Assembly (NCBI RefSeq): GCF_001194135.2
Contig: NC_068988.1
Span: forward strand, 33,988,329-34,052,328
Source of the DNA: Octopus bimaculoides
Taxonomy: Eukaryota
Direction of reading: 5' to 3'
Length of the DNA: 64,000 nucleotides
Shown here: positions 50,316 through 62,432 of the stretch, one piece after another
Numbering within the stretch: the stretch's first letter is position 1
How the letters are laid out: each line of letters starts with the position of its first letter
The notes under the pieces: model-generated
Seen by the model: the letters and a program-made list of their open reading frames with translations, nothing else
What the model was told of the DNA's origin: nothing
The model's database searches: none
Made by a program: the position numbers and the translations under genes

Positions 50316-51499
50316 CATTGAGTGAATATGTCTATGTAATGACAGATAGACAAATATTTCAATAGGAATTGATCTGATGATAAAGAGATAACGAGATTGC
50401 ATGTGACGTTCACGTATATAATATAGAAATTTGTTTTGAACATATATCTATCTGCTTACCATGGATACTAATAAGAGCACATTCACACATGCTATATACG
50501 TACACGCAAATACAAACATATCTTTATATAATCATACACAAACGCACATACTTTTATATGTATACACGCACACATGGCAAAATTGTTAATTATTAATTTT
50601 ATTACTAATTGACGATTCCCTGCCTTGCATATCTATAAATATACATATATATATGTATATGTATACATATATATATATGTATATATATATATGTATATAT
50701 ACATATACATGTATATATATATATATATATCTACATACATGAATACATACATACGCATAAGCGCACATAAACACACACATATATAAANNNNNNNNNNNNN
50801 NNNNNNNNNNNNNNNNNNNNNNNNNNNNNNNNNNNNNNNNNNNNNNNNNNNNNNNNNNNNNNNNNNNNNNNNNNNNNNNNNNNNNNNNNNNNNNNNNNNN
50901 NNNNNNNNNNNNNNNNNNNNNNNNNNNNNNNNNNNNNNNNNNNNNNNNNNNNNNNNNNNNNNNNNNNNNNNNNNNNNNNNNNNNNNNNNNNNNNNNNNNN
51001 NNNNNNNNNNNNNNNNNNNNNNNNNNNNNNNNNNNNNNNNNNNNNNNNNNNNNNNNNNNNNNNNNNNNNNNNNNNNNNNNNNGTCAACTATAGTCGTGAC
51101 AGAAAAACTGAAATACGTCCTGAATACTTTGAGTTTTAATATGCATGAATAAAGAAACCGACGAAAATATGCACATATTCCCACTTGTATTAACAATTCA
51201 TTCATGAAAGATTCATAATAATATATACATGTATTCCCAAAATGTATACCTACATCTACGTGATATGTAGTATTATAGCTGTAATGTGGTATCTTAACCA
51301 TAACTAAGTTTCATAAGAAACACGCCAACAAAAATATGTAAATTCTCAGGACCGTTCATACTTCATTCGTATATGAAAGATATATCATATAAATTCGTAT
51401 TTAATATTCACATATGCAATATAGTTTGAGTGGCAGAAAATCTAAAATACCTAATATGTAATGTCTGTTAGTATTTAGTTACATTTATTTACTGCATTG

Positions 51500-51640
51500 T
51501 GTTAGGCGGCAGCAGTGTTCATTTCGGTTCTTTGTATTCTCAGTTCAAATCCAGCCGAGGCCAAATTCGACTTCCATTTTCATGATCGTCAAACTAAAGT
51601 TTCAGTCACATTCTGTGGTAAAATGAATCGGCTGCTGCTC
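51500..51640 (+). mobile_element. SINE family A, old degenerate copy
   Basis: ATTTCGG..GTATTCTCAGTTCAAATCCAGCCGAGGCC..TTCCATTTTCA matches the family B-box/core junction. Confidence 0.55.
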
Positions 51641-51654
51641 TTTGCTAATACCTT

Positions 51655-51824
51655 ATATTGACAAAGAGCAACATCCTTCGACAATATAACATATTGACAA
51701 ATACTTTATAGTTGTCAATATAACGTATTTGTTATATTGACACATATAACACGTTTGTATTTGTCAATAAAACAAATATATTGACAAATACATTTCTTAT
51801 ATTGACAAGTATAGTTGTCAATAT
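51655..51824. repeat. Mixed-orientation cluster of eight ATATTGACAA/TTGTCAATAT motifs
   Basis: Forward copies at 51655, 51691, 51734 (9/10), 51778 and 51799; reverse copies at 51712, 51761 (9/10) and 51815. Confidence 0.9.
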
Positions 51825-53839
51825 AGCAATATAACATGGTACATTAGAATAACATGCTATATCACAACACATACCCTACCTCACCCCGCTTAACTGCAAG
51901 GCTCTGAAGATAAGTGAATTTGTAACTGAATGATCATTAGGTGATAACGATATTATCTGTAAAAAAACAATATTGGATAAGGATTTTGTGGTAGATATAG
52001 TCTCCCTGTTAATCAAATAGACTGCACCACCTCAGATGAAATGCATTTCAGTATACGTTTGTTCAATTAGAGTTCGCATTGGAATTGAAGAAAAGCATTA
52101 ACAGCAGAAATACCAACAATACCTCTTGATTATCCAGCTTGATAATGATTCGTTTATGGTAGGTACAATCCGTTAAAATTAATAATTGGATCACTCACAG
52201 GTTAAACAGTGTCGTCCTGAAAAACATTCATTGTAAAGATTAGTCATAGACGTACTCTGACTGAAAGCAAAAAGTCTGGATGGTCACAAATGGAACACAT
52301 TTCATTATCAGCTTGTTCAATTGGACAAGTAAAGGAGCAGCAACAATAACCCCCAGGGGACTAGTCACTATTTCATTTAACTCGCAGTAAAGGATAGAGG
52401 ACATTATCAAATATAGGGGGATTTCAGCTCAGAACAGTAAGCCGGTTGGTGTTACATTGTTGTCACATAAATATTACATATACTGGTAATACCAGCCATA
52501 GTCATAGTCATATACATATCTTACTCACTTACTCATACACCCACACCTCATGTGATTTACTTACACAAATATACTCAATCTTCCTCCATCCCCCACTCCA
52601 TCCCTCTCCCCTCCCCCTCTCTCTCCCTCTCTAGAAGCGATTAAAAGAGAATGACTCTAGAGAAAAACTTGTAAATTTTGATATTCCCCTAAAATTTCGT
52701 TCTGATCAAGATCGATGAAATAAAAGTTAGTAATACCTGTTATTGCTCTTTTTGTTCTTGAATAACAAAGAGTGCCCTTATTCAACAGGTCTACAGGCTA
52801 TAAACGCTTGCATACCATTTTTTATTATTATTGCCGTATTACTGGGTGGCAGCTTTGATCAAGAAAACCTGTCTATGATCAAAGCCATTCCAACTATCTT
52901 ATTGCCAGGTATAGCTCACCCAGGGTCATATTCTATATGTTATCTCCGATTACAGAAGGAGGCAGATTGAGATATATTTCGCTATTATTTCAAGGGCGCT
53001 TACCAACCTAATAGAGGGCTCGAGTTAAAGTTAAGTCAGCCATGTTATGGATTATTTGTAGGTGTGGAAGATATAAAAAGTAATAAAACGTCTAACAGAT
53101 ACTTGGTTTCTTCAAGTAATATGATGTTTCAAGACTGGTATCCTGTAGCAGTGATTCTAACCCTCAGTGGTAACACGCCTTTGGGGGCTTTGTGATCTCA
53201 AAAAGAGACAAGAATTGTCGACAGAGGAGTTATGGAGGGCGCTGAATGTTTATAAGATCCTGATGTTTCTTAGAAATAAGATACTTAGACCAAGTACAAT
53301 ATTGATAGTTTACAAACATTTTAAAAACAATCTTTGTAGGGATTAAAACATGAATTGGACAGAAACTTCATTGATGGCATGCCAATATTCCTTTATTTTT
53401 TTCTATAAATCCTCGCTTTCTGTTGCAATTTTCCTAAAGATCATCAATCCAGGAAAGTACATAAAAAATGACACATGGTGGATGTGAAAGTATATAGAAA
53501 ATTAACCACAGTGTAATTTCTGTTTCTCTTTAATTAAATATTTTGCTGTTTCGTTTTGGGGTGATCGGTTTTACAACGTTATTCAGTGAAAAACAAAACT
53601 CGGCTAGGATTGGCTGAAGATCACTGTTCACTAGAAGCTTCATTGATTACTCTATATGAGAATCCCATATCACAGCAAACATAATTATCATAGATGTATT
53701 CTACTATTTTACTTGCATTTTATTCACACTTGGATTTCTGCAATTTGACACGTGCCAAATTTGAACATTTTGTTGTGTAGTGTATATAGCCAATTTCCTT
53801 GACAATGTATTACACTATAGATGCTGTGTCGATCCCACA

Positions 53840-53935
53840 AAATGTAAAACACTGAAATTTGTGTCCGTCGGAATTGAACCCATCTCGTAACGTACATGTA
53901 CTGAATGCAAGAAAACCTCTGCATTGCCACTCGAA
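53840..53935 (-). mobile_element. Isolated degenerate tRNA-like SINE head
   Basis: The minus strand has GAGTGGCAATGCAGAGG..GATGGGTTCAATTCCGACGG (B box). I could not fold a cloverleaf. Confidence 0.4.
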
Positions 53936-54099
53936 TTCCAAATCTCCCTCAAATCTATCTTACCAAACTTCCTAACAAGCAAAAGTCACATTATCGAATA
54001 TAAATCTAAATACGCTAACATAAATAAGCACGTATAATATGGGTGTTCTATGTGAACGCTGGATTTTCTGCCAGGATTTTGGCAGCGTCCTACAACACA

Positions 54100-54400
54100 T
54101 GCTTCACCCGAAACACCCATCTCGCTAATCAAGTAAGGGGCCGATTTGACACCTAAACAGGCGTATGCTTATTATAGAATCAACTCCCGAGAGTCGGATC
54201 CCATGTATTTCTGGAGAATCCTCTACGTTCACAATGTAAGATTTTTCCCTATGCCTAACGGAAACGAAGCGCGCTTACTTCGAATATTTGACCTTGAGGC
54301 TCACCACATGGTAAAACGTCAACCAGTTGCTGGAGTTCTGCCGGGGAATCGTCCAACAGGACTATGTCGTTCTGGAATGTAGGAAATTTTCTTTCTAATA
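54100..54400 (-). pseudogene. RTE-like reverse transcriptase fragment
   Basis: FQNDIVLLDDSPAELQQLVD (ADDIVLL..S..ELQ.L motif), followed after a frameshift by QKYMGS (FKYLGS motif). Confidence 0.5.
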
Positions 54401-55744
54401 ATTCTATTTTCGCAGTGTCGGGATTTATCTGGACGTAATATATTTTTTGCATCTAAAAACGAAGAATAAGTCAGACTGGAGTTATATTATATACAAAAAT
54501 ACGCCGACGTTTATATGTTTATTGTTGGGAAATCCACATGACTGAGTAAAATGTTCAGCGTGGTAGCATACGCCATGTCGACAACCAGATTATGCTACTA
54601 CTATTAAGGAAATAAGATGGGATTGTCATGGATAGAACGTCTTTGATGATAAGTCTGTTCAGCTAACGTTGACCTAGGGTTAAGTAATAAACAACAAGTA
54701 CGAAAAAATAACAGCAGTAAGTTCAACAACAACAAGACATCATCGATTTTGTATTCTAGAGATTTTAACCCATCACTACCTTCATAATTAATGTAAGAGA
54801 AACCAAAGAGAAAATATATTAATGGACTTTCTGTCTTGAACCCATCTACCTCATAAAAGCAAATAATAAAACACAACAGCTGCAACTGGTGCTGAATTAT
54901 CTTTAACAAGTTAGTATTTAGAAAGGATAATAAAAAAAAATCTGAAACCAAATAGAATACCACAATGCAAAGTTTAAAACTTTTTATGGGAATATTCTTA
55001 CACATTTCTGAGCGCTGAAGGACAGGAGACATATTATAAGGAAGCTTTTTATCAAAGAGTATCTAAGTATACGTTTACGTTTTTGTTCGTTTTTGCCTTG
55101 CCTTTTTTCACATTAACAGGTCAAGCGCCATAACTTTTTGCTAAGAGATTTCGCTATTCATTTCCATTTTCTTTCTTTTCTTTGCCATATTTGTTTTCGA
55201 TTTTTCTCTTTCTTTGGCCATTATGTATTCCTTCACAGTTCCTTTCATGCTTAACTATGAAATACTTTACATGAAATCTTGTAATGTATTTCAGATATAA
55301 GATTCTAAGATCTAGGGTTAGCTTGACCATGTTAAATTTTCTGCCTTTTTGATTTTATGATGCAAATTAGTCATTAAGACAACTAGTTAAGGCATCGCTG
55401 CTGGTTGTAAACAAATAAAAACGAAAGGAAAAACAGAAAAAAACACAGAGAGAGAGAAAGAGAGGGAGAGGTGGATAGAGACAGGTAGAGAGAGAGTGAG
55501 AAAGGGAAAGAGGTGTGCGAAGACAAAAACAAAAGAAGTATAAAGAGAAAGGAACAGAAAAACGGAGAGAAAATAGAGCGAAAGACGGAGAGAATAAAAC
55601 ACACACGCACACAAGCGATACTCTAATATACTCTTATATAAATAATATATTTATTACACACACAATACTCTTATATAAATAGATATGTATATACATACAT
55701 ACATACTTACATATATGTGTGTTTATGCATATGTGTGTATATAG

Positions 55745-55787
<43 letters not shown>

Positions 55788-55813
55788 CTCTGCGTGCGTG
55801 TTCATTGTGTGCC

Positions 55814-55844
<31 letters not shown>

Positions 55845-57953
55845 CTGTGTGTGTGTAAGAGAGAGAGAGAGTGGGAGAAAGTGACAGAAAAATCAAATGC
55901 ACACACAATGGAGAGAGACACAGAGGGAGCGAAGGGGAGATGAAAATATAAAAAAGTGAAATCGATAGCCTAATAGCTGAAAAATACTGTGGACATAGCT
56001 TAATGTTTGCATCATTCTCGGTCGTGTTATCTTTTTAAAACTTACGTGTGTTAGAAGCAGAGACCTTGTATAGAGGCAAATGTCTACTTTTTAAGAGGAT
56101 CGGTGTTGATTATAGAAGTAACACGTTTACATATATCTACGATAGTGCAGGGAATGCGGAAGAATACGAATAAGGGAACACTAAAATAGTGTGTGTGCGT
56201 TTCTATGTCCATGTGTTTGTGCGCGTATATGTTTCTGTTGAGTGGGTGTTGGTGGGCGAACTTAAAGAGCATGATCTGTAATAAAGAATTGCCAACAAGC
56301 ATAAAAAAAAACATTAAATCAAATAGACGCGTAAAAATGATCAAATGAGAAAACATGGACAAACAAATAACCAAATAGGTAAACTGCTACAAGAGATGGT
56401 GGATTCTTTCCTTCTTTTCTGAAATTTATCGGCCATTCGAATACAAGAAGCAAAGTAACGTTCTTAAAGATGAAAGGAATGATATTAAATCTAAAATGGC
56501 CACCGATCCGATCCGTACTTCCGCCTAAACATTACTTATATTCACTTATTTAGTGTTGATTTTTCGTTATTTTTTTCTTTTCGCTTCCTGTAACGTATTC
56601 GAATTAAAAGACTGCCTTAGGCAAGTCAGCATTAAATATAGTAGAAAGTTCTCACATCATAGGCATATACTTCAATGGTATACAATGAATAAAGAAAAGC
56701 GCTATCTAATTTCTTTTTCGTCTTGCTTTGACATTCATCTGCCTCTTCTAATATTACTATAAACATTCCATTCTCCACACAGCATGCTTGATCTTAACTA
56801 CATGTAAGTTACATAGCCCCATCATACCTTATCTTATTTTCCTCTTTTCTGGCCAACTATCTCATATTGGATCCTTAATTCTAGTTCTAAACGCTAAGCA
56901 CAAAGTTTCTCTCTGATATCTTTGACATTTTGCAGCTTTTCTTTTCATTCGCATCAATTCTCCAATAACTGTGATATTACGGCACGACAGCGTAAACTAA
57001 ACATTTATCATTCAATCTTTTGTTGATGGTCTGTTGAGACAATTGACACCATCAAACATGTATAATCCATTGCGTATTCCTGAGGCAAAGGCAATAGTGA
57101 AACAGATAAGTCTCCGAACCCTGTTTCGTTTCCAGGTTACTCTTCCCTCTCGGAAACTTAACTGCAAAACAATAACACTAATAGTGAGTGCATTTCTCTG
57201 CTCTACCACAGTGTCAGTAAACTTTGCTTTTAAACTGTGGGGCACAATAAGCAGAATGATTAGGAGAAACATCTGGATAAATTATAGTAGAATATTATCA
57301 TCTTATCAAAACTGTCTACTCGGAGCCCGTCTCACAGTGGAGAAGCAGCTAAGAGTTAACTATGATATATCGTTCTTAATAAAAGTTACTGCTTTCACTT
57401 ATGAAAAAGATTTACCTGTTATTTCATTTTATCGAACGAGGTTTTCTCGTCGAGTCGAAATATGTACCAAAGCACTGTGTAAAACATCCTTAACTATGAA
57501 TGACTCTGGCATTCAGTGATCAAAATATATTTATATATTCATTACAATAGCACATCAACACAGCATAAAGTTGTATTAGTGGAAATGTTAGTGTCCAGAT
57601 GTCTTTCGGGTATATGTTCTAACACATTCCGTTCTGAGGTCTGCGATGACATTCGTACTGTGCTCTGTGTCCAAGCCTGCAGCCTTTTCCTTGGGTAACA
57701 TAAGTGATGAGGAGACGTGCAAAGTAGTGGCCACCTTACATATGCAATTGCCAATGGTTTCAAGAATGTTGCCCAAACTTGTACATATGACTGTTGATCT
57801 TTGACCGGTTGATGCTTCCTAAGGATAATAATAGTGGTAAGAATAAGGTAGGAATAAAGTAGACGGAAGGAAGTAGTGAATTGTATGTAAGTACATATAT
57901 GATGATATGTGTGTGTGCGAATATATTTCCGTGTATGCACATGCATATATACG

Positions 57954-57954
<1 letters not shown>

Positions 57955-58016
<62 letters not shown>

Positions 58017-58080
58017 ATATATATATATATATAATAAATATAATATAATATAATATAATATAATATAATATAATATAAAT
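57955..58080. repeat. (TATC)n(TA)n(AATAT)n compound microsatellite
   Basis: Direct reading. Confidence 0.95.
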
Positions 58081-58100
58081 AAAATACCCACACACATATA

Positions 58101-58227
58101 TTAAAAGTAATTTAAGTTAATTTCCGGTCACAGAGTAACCAATGGTTTCGCATCCACAAAGGCCTAACCCTTTGGGTGCGAAACCATCGGTCACTCTATG
58201 AGCAGGCATAAACTTAATTACTTTTAA
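58101..58227. repeat. 127-bp imperfect foldback (MITE-like or hairpin RNA)
   Basis: The left arm TTAAAAGTAATTTAAGTTAATTTCCGGTCACAGAGTAACCAATGGTTTCGCATCCACAAAGG pairs with the right arm CCTTTGGGTGCGAAACCATCGGTCACTCTATGAGCAGGCATAAACTTAATTACTTTTAA (about 80% by eye, short loop). Confidence 0.9.
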
Positions 58228-58490
58228 TTACTTCTCTATGCTTTAGAGTGTACTTTCTTTTCGGATATATGATACATTGACGATATCTATCTATCTATAT
58301 ATGTATGTGTGTGTGTGTGTGAGTGTGAGTGCGTGGGTGTATGTATGTATGTATGTATGTATGTATGTATGTATGAATGTATATATGTATGTATATATGT
58401 ATATAGAGAGAGAGATGCACACACACACACAAACTTACATAGAGGGAACTCAGCTTACATTTGATGATTCTTCATGTCTTTTTTTTTCAG

Positions 58491-58598
58491 GCATTTCTTG
58501 ATGTATTGGAGAGTGGTCATCGGTTTAAGAAAGCAGGAATATTAAAGTCGCACTTGAGAAGAAAGTTAGAAATATATGACGGACTGGAGGCCATCTGA
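58491..58598 (+). CDS. Candidate terminal coding exon (AFLDVLESGHRFKKAGILKSHLRRKLEIYDGLEAI*), product unknown
   Basis: Strong acceptor CTTCATGTCTTTTTTTTTCAG|, a 35-codon open frame in phase 0, and TGA at 58596-58598. No upstream partner exon or homologue identified; it could be part of the adjacent transposon. Confidence 0.33.
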   Translation, partial: AFLDVLESGHRFKKAGILKSHLRRKLEIYDGLEAI

Positions 58599-58689
58599 AA
58601 GTTGAAAAACAGGTACCTATTTCACGATTATTTGCGCCGGGTTTCATAATGCCGACTTTATGACTACAGCTCAATGCTCTGTGAACACG

Positions 58690-59150
58690 GAAAAGCCTGT
58701 AAAACCTGATGTGTACATCGTGGAGAGGACGTTTCCCTAAATTGTGATGGTTTTGTGTGTGTCTCTAGTGAGAGTGATGTCATGTGAGAGTGTATGCAGC
58801 ACTACATATTTGATATGGGCCTGAGCTCAATTCAAACGTCTATGGGAAACTGCTGCAAACTGTGGTCAAACCTTGGCTGTAGAGGCTTACTGCTGGAAGA
58901 CTATATATGTGGCCGCTGGATTTGGTTATTTGCCATACTTCCGGAAGCCCTAGTTACTGACCCCCAACTTCTCCCGACTGTAATCGCATGGAATATCATG
59001 CGGGAGGTGCGATGAAGAAAGACACCAACTGCTCTTACTGCAACAGCAAGGCCGTGCTGCTGGTCAACATCAAGGAGGAATATTCGAATATCTGTCTATA
59101 GGCACACTGAGGAACGCTTCCGCTACTTTCCGGACTTGCCTTGAGAGAAA
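58690..59150 (+). mobile_element. Second maT/DD37D-like Tc1/mariner transposase fossil (C-terminal catalytic half)
   Basis: Frame-hopping gives IVMVL..SSESDVM, YIFDMGL..NSNVYGKLLQTVVKPWL..TAGR, PPTSPDCNRMEY (WPPxSPDLNP motif), KDTNCSYCNSKAVLLVNIKEEY. Confidence 0.85.
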
Positions 59151-59940
59151 CAAAACACATCAATAGGAAATTTTAACCGAATGTGATTACTGCATATATG
59201 ATGAAGGGAATGCTGGTACGTTATTTAAAAAAAAAGAACTATTAATATATAACATCAAAGGCAATTCATAGAAAGAGAAGGAGGAGGAAGACAGTGATTA
59301 GCAGACAATTGAAAGTGGAGAAATATAGTGCGATAGATGAATATGAATAAAGGTTAAAGACATAGAATTAGATATATTTAGTGGGAGTGAAATGTAAGAA
59401 GACGGTGGTTAAAGGTCGAATTTTACAGACTGGTAGAAATCACTTAAATAAGAATGGAGAAATATCATTTACATACGTTTGTTAGTTTACCCGACAGCTA
59501 GTTAAAGAGACAGTAGCAATTCTAGTGATAGTAACTAGGTTGGCTCGCTGATTAGTAGTTGACAGTGTAGAAAAAGGTTGTCTGTCAGTAGAGTGTGAAA
59601 GTGTAAGAAATGCACGGTGCTGACTAGAAAGGAAGAAATGATAAAGGTGGCATCGTCTTTCTTGCGGCCGAAAGTGCTGCTGTTGGTCATGGATGACGCA
59701 AAATAGCGTGTAGCTCGTTGGTCTGGCTGACACAAAAGAGAGGGTATTACTCCTTGGTCATAGCTGACACATATGACAAAGAGATAGGAAATTATGTCTG
59801 GTATATAGACTATGGTCAGTAATGTAGGTCAAACTTTGAACGAAGGACTGACCTTTCCTTGACCAACACAGGTCTTAGGGGTCCGAGTGCTTCCACTTCA
59901 AACTTCTGATGTTGAGAGGTTTCTCAGGCATAAACTCACA

Positions 59941-59979
<39 letters not shown>

Positions 59980-60025
59980 ATACGCATATATATATATTTA
60001 TATCGCGAGAGAGTGAGGGAGAGAG

Positions 60026-60056
<31 letters not shown>

Positions 60057-60204
60057 GAGAGAGATGGGAAGAAAGATAGATGCAAATTTTCGAAAGCTCT
60101 TGATGTGTTCTTTAGAAAGTATGCCAGATAATGCAGAACCGATATGTTATGAAATATTTACATGTCTATTTGAATACTTATTTTATAATGATTTATAACG
60201 ACTA

Positions 60205-60570
60205 TATGTTATGGCCCAGCGGTTAGGGCAGCGGACTCGCAGTTATAGGACCGCGGTTTCGATTCCCAGACAGGGCGTTGTGAGTGTTTATTGATCGAAA
60301 ACACATAAACCTCCACGAGGCTCCGGTAGAGGATGGTGGTGAACCCTGCTGTACTCTTTCTCTCACTCTTACTTCCTGTTTTTGCTGTGCCTGTAATTCA
60401 AAGGCTCAGCCTTGTCACGCTGAATATCCTGGAGAACTACGTTAAGGGTACATGTGTCTGTGGAGTGCTCAGCCACTTGTACGTTAATTTCACGAGCAGA
60501 CTGTTCTGTTCATCGGATCAACTGGAACCCGTGACGTCGTAAGCGATGGAGTGCCAACCACAACAACAAT
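60205..60570 (+). mobile_element. SINE family C, full-length
   Basis: ATGGCCCAGCGGTTAGGGCAGCGGACTCG..GGTTTCGATTCCCAGAC head. The body is colinear with 27190-27495 and extends to GGAGTGCCAACCACAACAAC. Confidence 0.92.
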
Positions 60571-60834
60571 ATGTTTGTGTTAATGGTATCCTAATTTTAA
60601 AGCAATGCTTAATATTTTACTTTCTAGCTTCCTTTATTGGTAGTTCTTTCCCTACTGCTTTTCTCTATATTTGAAGCCATTCATTCTATGCATTTACGCA
60701 TACACATAACAAAAAGTTTTCCCGGAACACATGGATATATGAGAGTGTGTGTACGTGTGCGCGCATGCGCACGCGCGTGTGTGTATGTACGTTTATTTGT
60801 ATATTGGTCTGTTTGAAGCATACACATAACTTTT

Positions 60835-61076
60835 ATTTTTTACTTGTTTCAGCCGTTGTACTGTGGTGCTGCCCCGACACCGCCTTGAAGAGTTTAGTTC
60901 AATAAAACGACAACTGTACGTATTTTTAAAGCCTGGTACTTATTGAATCTGTCACTTTTGCCTCACTGACAAAGTCACAGAGACGTAAAGAAAGTAACAT
61001 TGTTTCTGTAGCGATGAGGGGGGTGGGGACTCATACAAATATACACACACATACACACACAAAACACGCCCGCGCA

Positions 61077-61134
<58 letters not shown>

Positions 61135-61430
61135 TCATTCAAAAGGTACAAAAAGCAAAGGAAACGGACGACATGCGAAGTAGCAGCAAGTTATACGAGG
61201 TTGAGGCTCGTGGATATGGAAATATGTATGTGTATATATATATGTGTGTGTGTGTGTATGTGTGTGTATTTGTGTGTGTGTGTATACACACACACGACAA
61301 GCGCCTTTCAGTTTCCGTCTACCAAATCCACTGACATGGATTTGGTCGAACCAAGGCTATTGTCCAAGACGCCTCGCAGTGAGATTGAACCCGCAACTAC
61401 GTAGGTAGGAAGCAAACCTCTTAACACAGT
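60835..61430 (-). mobile_element. SINE family B with greatly expanded internal microsatellite
   Basis: The 5' half is at 61295-61430 (TTTCAGTTTCCGTCTACCAAATCCAC..GATTGAACCCG) and the 3' half at 60835-61010 (TACTTGTTTCAG..CACCGCCTTGAAG..GGTACTTATT). About 280 bp of CA/CT/TG repeats and filler lie between them. Confidence 0.8.
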
Positions 61431-61929
61431 CGAGTTAACAGAGACTTTTCTTGTTTTTAGATAGCCTATATATGTCAACATATTTTAGACACACATCAAA
61501 TATTATTTTCTTGAAGCATAAAAGGAAAGAAATCTTGGACGAAATAATCCTTATTTCAATTTATGACGTTCAATTTAACATTTTGTAATATATTACATTA
61601 CCCGGTACATTTAATATCTCTACCCTCTATTTTTTTTCTTTATTGCGTCAATACCAGACTTTTCTCGTGCCCCCCACCCTCGCCCACGTTTTTGCATTAT
61701 TATTTGAATCTACTATCCTTCTACAATAATTAGAATCATATCGAATAAAAATCACCATAGCAAACAGTATTTTGCAAAGCCAGTATCGGCGAAACTTTGA
61801 AAGAGACTGTCATTATTATGTATTTATAATAAGAATTATTTATAACTAAAATTATTCTCTCTCTACCTATCATTAATATTGATTTCATCGCTCAGTACAT
61901 ATTTAGTGTACACAAGTACACAAATCTTA

Positions 61930-62432
61930 GAACAGGCAGCTGATGTTTATATAAACAGATGAATTACTTATTTCTCTGTGGTTTGTCATGTGATGTGGAT
62001 ACGTCTAATGAGATTTCAATAAGGGTCAAAAATCGATCAAGACTCTTCATCATATTTTTCAATCTAGAAAGAAGTGAATTTAACATTTTGTATATATATA
62101 TTACGTAGGTTTATACATATTAAATCACACCGTGAAACTGTGGACTGGGTTCTTAGCTGCCAGGCGTCTGACACTAAATACAGTGTTAAATACTTATAGT
62201 ATGCAAATTAGTAATTATGTGGAGCTGAGAGATTTGATGTGTAAACAGATTCACTACTTGTTTCCCTAGATTTTCAAGTGATGCAGACAACTCTGGTGAA
62301 TCTTCAATACGGGTCAAAAATCGATTAAATCTGTTTAATAATTTTTTTCAGTTTCTCAATCTATGGAGGGGTGGGGAATAGGTATATTTATTTTGTTAAT
62401 ATATCTGCTACGTAGGTCTATATACATATAAA
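61930..62432 (+). repeat. Diverged local tandem duplication, unit about 290 bp
   Basis: TAAACAGAT..TTCAATAAGGGTCAAAAATCGAT..TCAATCTA..TACGTAGGTTTATAC (about 61950-62120) is repeated as TAAACAGAT..TTCAATACGGGTCAAAAATCGAT..TCAATCTA..TACGTAGGTCTATATAC (about 62240-62428). Confidence 0.8.

Noticed and set aside
54604-55032. 142-aa hydrophobic minus-strand ORF
   Set aside because: Composition reflects an A-rich plus strand; no domain pattern.
57034-57519. Longest gap-free non-repeat ORF (161 codons)
   Set aside because: Non-ATG start, no recognisable domain and no convincing exon boundaries. A blastp/HHpred search would be needed to rescue it.
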